Source of the DNA: Williopsis jadinii
Lineage: Eukaryota
Direction: 5' to 3'
DNA length: 64,000 bases
NCBI GenBank assembly: GCA_024346625.1
Contig: AP024664.1
Coordinates: 3,472,001 to 3,536,000, forward strand
Shown one piece after another: positions 58,351 through 64,000 of the stretch; the first letter of the stretch is position 1; the number at the start of each line of letters is the position of its first letter. The notes under the pieces were generated by a model that was not told the origin of the DNA, did not search any database, and saw only the letters and a list, made by a program, of their open reading frames with translations. A program made the translations under genes and the position numbers.

Positions 58351-58735
58351 CTAAAACCCCCTAAAACCCCCTAAAACCCCCTAAACCTCTGCCTAAACAT
58401 CCCCCTAAACATCCCCCTAAACATCCCTAAACCTCTGCCTAAACATCACTAAACCTCCGCCTAAACCTCCGCCTAAACCTCTGCCTAAACCTCTGCCTAA
58501 ACATCCCCCTAAACATCCCCCTAAACATCCCTAAACCTCTGCCTAAACATCACTAAACCTCCGCCTAAACCTCCGCCTAAACCTCTGCCTAAACCTCCGC
58601 CTAAACCTCCGCCTAAACATCCCGCTAAACCTCCGCCTACGCTCCCCCCCAGGCCGTAATCCCCTAAACCTCCGCCTAAACATCCCCCCTAAACCTCCGC
58701 CTACGCTCCCCCTCCCCCTCCCAGGCCGTAACCCG
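58351..58735. repeat. Heterogeneous 10-13-bp CTAAA-core minisatellite, telomere-like, about 28 units
   Basis: Units include CTAAAACCCC, CTAAACCTC(C/T)GC, CTAAACATCCCC and CTAAACATCA. Exact 104-bp higher-order duplication 58381-58484 / 58485-58588. The plus strand is almost G-free. Confidence 0.97.
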
Positions 58736-58946
58736 CAAGCGCGTGCACCCGTGATCGCCACCAGTGGGCCGCGGATGTAACCACCAACAAAATATACGAA
58801 CTCCCCAACTCTTCCTTGCTTCCAAAGCACTGTGCGAACCGTCGGCCCGACAGTAACCACGCTTCAATCTCTTCGCTATTTATACTGGTACGCATCCCTT
58901 TGGTGGCTATTTGCTAGTGTGGGCCAATTGAACCGATACAACCGCA

Positions 58947-60899
58947 ATGACGTATACCGTGACGAAACTGCCAGCAGACGTCTGTACGAACTACGTGTTG
59001 AAGCCAAACGAGACGCTTCTGTCCATCTCCGTTCCTGGATCAAGAGGAGGAGCTGGCATCGTTGGTATTCTCACCGTGCCACCAAGCGCGTTGAAGTCTG
59101 AGGAGGAGCTTCAGCTGAACCCAACCTCCCTGGAGAAACACTACCCGCCTACGCACAAGCTGGCGCTTTTGCTCCATGGGAAAGGAGGGCATAAGAACTA
59201 CTGTTACCAGGCGATCTGTGCCAATGAGCTGGCCACGAAGCTCGGGATGTACTCCTTCAGATTCGACTTCAGAGGGTGTGGGGACTCGCAGGACAACGAG
59301 GTGCCTCACGAGGGCCGCAAAGTGTCTCAGGATGTCCAGGATATAGAGATTGTGTACGAGGTGTTCAAGAATGGCTTCTCCGTGAGCGAGATCGGTATAG
59401 ACCTCGTGCCTTACGTCATCATAGGACACTCCAGGGGAGGCGTGGCTATGTTCCAGTGGGCAGTTGCGCAGCAGAGGAAACAGGAGAGTGGTGAGAAGCA
59501 CCAGTTCGTTCCAAACCTGGTGAACTGTGCTTCCCGGTACCAGTCCAGTCTGTTGTTGAAGTTTGGTAAGAATACTGGTAAGGAGGTGCTCCTGAACCAG
59601 TACAGGTTCGGTAAATATCAGGAATTGCCTATTTTCCCTGAAGAGGTTCAGGACCTTGCATCGCAGGACCTGAGCATGATCAAATTTCTCGATCCAGAGA
59701 TCCAAGTGTTGAGTCTTTACGGGCTGAACGACCACATCGTTCCAATTGAGGATTCTACGTTCTTTGCCAACTTGCTGGGGTCAAGACACGAGCTGAAGTT
59801 CATCCCTCATGCAGACCATAACTATTATGGCACCACTGTTATCACAGAGGATAACAAGAGTTCGCATAATCCTGAGGGTTTGCCATTGACCAAGAGAAAT
59901 ATGGTTAATTGGAACTATAAGGTTACCAGAGAGGTCATAAAGTGGCTACATACGGAATCCGATGTGAAGAGGTTCCGTGATGCATCGTTATCCATTTACC
60001 ATTTCCCAAGATGGAGAGACATTGAAGGCATTGCGAACTTCAGGGATATCGGTGGATGGAGAAGTTCAGATAACAAACACTATGTAAAGGCTGGTCTTAT
60101 ATTCAGATGCGCAAATACCTCCAATGTTACCGCATATGGTAAGGAACAGCTAAAGGACCTGGGCGTGAAGGCCATCTTTGACTTTAGATCTGTTGGAGAA
60201 TTCGAGAAAGCTGGTGGGTTAACAATTGAAGGTATCGACGTTCAAAACACCCCGGTTTTCCCATCAACTGATATGTCGCCACAGGCAATTGCTCTCCGTT
60301 ATAGAAATCTGTTATTATCGTGGTACACGTATAAGTACGTTTACCAGAATATGCTGGAAAACGGCAGTGACGCATTTAAAAAGGTGTTGCTCTTTTTACG
60401 TGACAATCCCAACACACCAATCGCCTACAATTGTACTGCAGGAAAGGACCGTACTGGTGTGATGACAATGTTGATACTGTTAATTCTTGGAGTGGATCAA
60501 CATACAATCTCAAAGGAGTACGAATTGACGACGATTGGACTGCGTCCGAACCATCAACAATTACGTGACGAGTTCAAACATATGAAAACAGGATTTGAAA
60601 AGAAATTGGAAAACTCTGGCTTGGGTTCATCAGTTGAATTCAGACACATTTTAGAGAACCTCACTGATGATGAAATGTTTGAGAACTTGATAAGCTCAAA
60701 GTATGAGAGTATGGTCAGCAGTATCCATATGCTCCAGAAGGAATACGGTGGCATCGAAGGTTATTGTTTCAACAAACTGGGGTTGAAACCGGAAGATCTA
60801 GACCAGATCAGACGTAATCTGCTTACTGACTCCACGCCTTTCCCTGACTCTGAATCATTCTGGTTACACCGTACCAGACAGAAAACAGAGCGTCTATAG
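58947..60899 (+). CDS. Alpha/beta-hydrolase fused to an MptpB/IphP-like (Y_phosphatase3) Cys-based phosphatase
   Basis: N-domain has LLHGKGG, RFDFRGCGDS, GHSRG, YGLNDHIVP and HADHNY. C-domain has IANFRDIGGW, IFDFRS and the P-loop CTAGKDRTG. Confidence 0.88.
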   Translation: MTYTVTKLPADVCTNYVLKPNETLLSISVPGSRGGAGIVGILTVPPSALKSEEELQLNPTSLEKHYPPTHKLALLLHGKGGHKNYCYQAICANELATKLGMYSFRFDFRGCGDSQDNEVPHEGRKVSQDVQDIEIVYEVFKNGFSVSEIGIDLVPYVIIGHSRGGVAMFQWAVAQQRKQESGEKHQFVPNLVNCASRYQSSLLLKFGKNTGKEVLLNQYRFGKYQELPIFPEEVQDLASQDLSMIKFLDPEIQVLSLYGLNDHIVPIEDSTFFANLLGSRHELKFIPHADHNYYGTTVITEDNKSSHNPEGLPLTKRNMVNWNYKVTREVIKWLHTESDVKRFRDASLSIYHFPRWRDIEGIANFRDIGGWRSSDNKHYVKAGLIFRCANTSNVTAYGKEQLKDLGVKAIFDFRSVGEFEKAGGLTIEGIDVQNTPVFPSTDMSPQAIALRYRNLLLSWYTYKYVYQNMLENGSDAFKKVLLFLRDNPNTPIAYNCTAGKDRTGVMTMLILLILGVDQHTISKEYELTTIGLRPNHQQLRDEFKHMKTGFEKKLENSGLGSSVEFRHILENLTDDEMFENLISSKYESMVSSIHMLQKEYGGIEGYCFNKLGLKPEDLDQIRRNLLTDSTPFPDSESFWLHRTRQKTERL

Positions 60900-61183
60900 C
60901 GATCAATAATGTTAGATACATGTCCAGTTCGTTTTAATAGCACTATCATTAATTGATACATTGGTCTCTATTGAAGAATGATACAAATAGTTTCGAGAAC
61001 TAGACAACTAGGATCTTTGTACTCTGAAATCACGTCCACCTTGGAGCTACCGGATTGAGCAATTCTCTGTAAGATCCACATAGCTCAACCTTTGAGTTGA
61101 TGATGTCTACGATACCTTTTGAAGTAGTGCCATTTCAGTACTTCTGCGAATATATAAGAGGAAACCCTTTTGCATAAGAAAAT

Positions 61184-61255
61184 TCCGATATAGTGTAACG
61201 GCTAGCACGGTTCGCTTTCACCGAGCAGACCCGGGTTCGACTCCCGGTATCGGAG
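61184..61255 (+). tRNA. tRNA-Glu (anticodon TTC), intronless
   Basis: 72 nt from TCCGATA to TATCGGAG (acceptor stem), anticodon stem GTTCG/CGAGC with loop CTTTCAC, and T-loop GGTTCGACTCC. Confidence 0.97.
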
Positions 61256-61256
61256 C

Positions 61257-61265
61257 TTTTTTTTT
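61257..61265 (+). terminator. RNA polymerase III T-run terminator of the tRNA-Glu gene
   Basis: T9 run immediately after the tRNA 3' end. Confidence 0.8.
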
Positions 61266-61465
61266 CAAAAACTTACACCTCTCAATATCAAATCTGAGTG
61301 ATTGACACTGTTTTATCAATATAAGAATATGTTCTATTTTACCGATTGCAGAGTCTATCCAACTTTTGCAATTATCTTATTACTCCTGCCAAATGAGCAA
61401 TACATAAGTTATGCATTTTTTGTCGTATAAATAGTATAAATATATTTGTTCCTGCAGCTGGGCCT

Positions 61466-62464
61466 TCATGGTTCAACAATCTCCAATTGCACAGTCTCAT
61501 TCAAGGAGGAATGGGTCAATCCATCAATTGCGAAGCCATTCTCACTAACAAACAAGATATGGTTATCCACAACTGTATCTTCAGTTATGTGTGCTGGTGA
61601 AGGTTTCCCCAAATCTATGGATTCCAAGACAAACTTCTCTCGAAGGTCGAACGAATCGATCGACTCGTCGAGATCAACTATGAGTAATTCTGCAGTCTGT
61701 GCATCTTCCAACTGCGCATCCTTGAGTACAATTGGAGCGTTATCTTCCTGGTATAGAGGGCTTCCTGCTGTTATATGATGAATCTTTGAGGTTCCATTAG
61801 AATCTGTCACCTTTGCGTAAGCGTCAAACGAGGCACTGCGGTTCTTCAAGAGGTCGATCAGGACAGAGCACGCGCCTCTGTTGTTCAATTCATAGATGAC
61901 ATTGCCGTCAGCCTTGGTGATGGTGTAGGCCTCCTTGTGCAATGGCTTAAGGTTGTGCAAATGTCTCAACAGATTCACAGACATTGGTAACTCCAATTCC
62001 AACTCACTAACGTTTTGAATAGGAGAATGCAGTCCCATGGAAACACTCAGCCATGAGAAGCTGTTAATGGACTCGAAATACTCACCTTCTGGGAAGAGGT
62101 CGAGACTCGTTCCTTGGAATTGAAGGCGCAGCTTGGTCTTGTTTATGTCCCATTGGTCCAAAGATGGAGTCTCCAATGGTTTCCAAGATCGCACTCCTAG
62201 GCGAGATGACAACCACAGATGACTGACCGTCTCAACACCTTTGCTCTTTGGATTGGATGCAATCACCACAGATAGATCCGGTAACTCCTGCTGAAGATCC
62301 GTGGTTTGCTCCACCACTTGCGAGACAGAATCATTCGTCGTGAAGCACAGTAAAGAACGAGGCTCAAAGGGTAAGCTGGCTAGTGCATTTCTCAGCCGGT
62401 ACTTCTGGAAATTGTACACTGTTTGTGCCACATGCTGTCTAAACAGTGTTGTTGTTCTCTTCAT
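61466..62464 (-). CDS. Uncharacterised fungal protein with a FIST-like segment, possibly mitochondrial
   Basis: About 332 aa from ATG 62464. LKPL...YTITKADGNVIYELNNRGA resembles the FIST linker motif (TITKAEGNxIxELDGRPA). Basic, acid-free N-terminus. Confidence 0.65.
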   Translation of the reverse strand: MKRTTTLFRQHVAQTVYNFQKYRLRNALASLPFEPRSLLCFTTNDSVSQVVEQTTDLQQELPDLSVVIASNPKSKGVETVSHLWLSSRLGVRSWKPLETPSLDQWDINKTKLRLQFQGTSLDLFPEGEYFESINSFSWLSVSMGLHSPIQNVSELELELPMSVNLLRHLHNLKPLHKEAYTITKADGNVIYELNNRGACSVLIDLLKNRSASFDAYAKVTDSNGTSKIHHITAGSPLYQEDNAPIVLKDAQLEDAQTAELLIVDLDESIDSFDLREKFVLESIDLGKPSPAHITEDTVVDNHILFVSENGFAIDGLTHSSLNETVQLEIVEP

Positions 62465-62874
62465 TGTCTGCCCTCGTTTCACTGCTAACCTCTCTTACCC
62501 TTTGTTGTCTACAAAGGCCCTTTGGTGATGGCTATCTTCCTGTCTGTGTGGGGAATGGACGACTATCCAAGCAGAGTTTAATCAGCGGCTAATGCAAAGC
62601 GCTCTCCACCCACTTCCTGCTGGCCTCCACCTCCCACACGACGAAACAACCGCGGCGGGAAGCGCGCGCTTTTAATTTACTTTTTGGTAGGGGCAGCAAT
62701 GTCCGCGAGCTCGTACTGGGCCCAGAAGTATTGTGGGGTAAAAACAAGCGGCAAGACAGAGCGGCAAAGAAGACACAAAAAGTATATAAACAAAGGGCTC
62801 TGGATGTTTGCTTTGTTTTGATTGACTGGCTGCTTCAACACAGCTTCAGTTGGCCAATAGGGCGGGAAAGAGGA

Positions 62875-64000
62875 ATGTCTTCAGAGGAGATGCAAAGGGA
62901 AAGAGCGCAGTGCTCTTTCAACACGAGAGAGCTTACGCACTTCCTCGATAACGGAGCTGAGAACACGGCGAAGCTGGAGAAGATGATGCTTCAGTTCGAA
63001 AGGGACCCGGTGTTTAAAATCCCATTGTACGATCTCTCTTGGAAAGAGCAGCGTGAGATGACGTTCAGGAGAATCACCAGAATGGTTCCCTTCATCGCGA
63101 GTGATACTGAAGAGGAGTTCATCAAGCGGTTTGGGCTCTTGGGGATCTTTGATGGAGCTACATACACCAGGCTGGGTGTTCACTATGGCCTCTTTATTCA
63201 GACAGTGAGAAGCATGGGCACATCTGAGCAGGTGCAGAAGTGGATCGTTGATAAAGGCGGTGTGAACTGCCACAAGTTCTTTGGCTGCTTTGGTATGACG
63301 GAGTTGACACATGGATCAAACGTTGCCGGGTTGCAGACCATTGCGGAATACGATCCGGATGAGGATGTGTTTGTCATAAACACGCCAAACTTGGGTGCTA
63401 CGAAATGGTGGATTGGAGGTGCTGCTCATAGTGCTACGCATTGTGTTGTCTATGCCAGATTGGTGGTTAAGGGTCGGGATTATGGTGTCAAACAGTTCAT
63501 CGTGCAGTTGAGAGACATTGACACGTTTGAACTGTTGCAAGGAATAGCCATTGGTGATATTGGTAAAAAAATGGGCCGTGACGGCATTGATAATGGCTGG
63601 ATTCAATTCACAGACGTTGCGATTCCAAGGGATAACATGTTGTGCAAATACACACAGGTTGACGATGAAGGCAACGTTTCCAAACCTAAATTTGCAGAGC
63701 AGATGGGTTATGCAGCTTTGGTTAAGGGAAGAGTATCCATGGTGACTGATTCTTATAATACCGGTAAGAGATTCATCACAATTGCATTGAGATATGCAGC
63801 GATGAGAAGACAATTCGGTAAAGATAACGAAGGAAATGAAAAGAAGATTATCGACTACACTCATCACAGAAGAAGATTGTTCCCTTTGCTCGCTTCTGTT
63901 TTCGCCATGAATTCTTCAAGTATTGAAGTTGAAGCATTCCAATCTAAAGTTCAAGAACAAGTTATTGAAGGTAACATCGCTGAAGCTATTCCAAACTTGA
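62875..64000 (+). CDS. POX1: Peroxisomal acyl-CoA oxidase, 5' part; runs off the window and is absent from the ORF track
   Basis: Manual translation from ATG 62875: MSSEEMQRERAQ...TRLGVHYGLF...FGCFGMTELTHGSNVAGLQT...TPNLGATKWWIGGAAHSATH...GDIGKKMGRDGIDNGWIQF. TATATAAA near 62784. Confidence 0.95.
   Translation, partial: MSSEEMQRERAQCSFNTRELTHFLDNGAENTAKLEKMMLQFERDPVFKIPLYDLSWKEQREMTFRRITRMVPFIASDTEEEFIKRFGLLGIFDGATYTRLGVHYGLFIQTVRSMGTSEQVQKWIVDKGGVNCHKFFGCFGMTELTHGSNVAGLQTIAEYDPDEDVFVINTPNLGATKWWIGGAAHSATHCVVYARLVVKGRDYGVKQFIVQLRDIDTFELLQGIAIGDIGKKMGRDGIDNGWIQFTDVAIPRDNMLCKYTQVDDEGNVSKPKFAEQMGYAALVKGRVSMVTDSYNTGKRFITIALRYAAMRRQFGKDNEGNEKKIIDYTHHRRRLFPLLASVFAMNSSSIEVEAFQSKVQEQVIEGNIAEAIPNL

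Noticed and set aside
58744..58751. Aft1-like TGCACCCG upstream of the fusion gene
   Set aside because: It is a single short match in a C-rich region, and Aft-type iron regulation is not established for this lineage.
60900..61183. Possible solo LTR upstream of tRNA-Glu
   Set aside because: No convincing TG...CA ends with target-site duplication, and no second copy in the window.

Overview
Gene-dense chromosomal segment of a budding yeast (Saccharomycotina). It uses the standard genetic code, since CTG falls at conserved Leu positions in GSH1 and TKL1. The species cannot be fixed from the sequence, but genes absent from S. cerevisiae (NAT purine permease, FIST-like protein) point to a non-Saccharomyces lineage. 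There are 30 apparently intronless protein genes, in order: UGA4-like permease (partial), BSC6-like MFS, MDM34, BOL2, NIF3, uric acid/xanthine permease, IRC6, KEG1, ERJ5, an F-box protein, GSH1, SAH1, TDP1, CUP9, CBC2, PPQ1, GLN3, LYS2, RAD16, a Zn2Cys6 factor, mitochondrial ADH, a DUF3074 protein, NOT5, LTP1, TKL1, GAL11/MED15, PAS kinase, an alpha/beta-hydrolase-tyrosine phosphatase fusion, a FIST-like protein and acyl-CoA oxidase (partial). One tRNA-Glu(UUC) gene is also present. No transposon or CRISPR array was seen. The most unusual features are several intergenic minisatellites (a telomere-like heterogeneous CTAAA array, a 19-bp array and a 14-bp array) that lie in strand-skewed, locally GC-rich promoter regions, the hydrolase-phosphatase fusion with a PTS1-like tail, the FIST-like protein, and a 57-nt coding overlap between IRC6 and KEG1. 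All gene identities come from recalled motifs and gene order, not from database searches.
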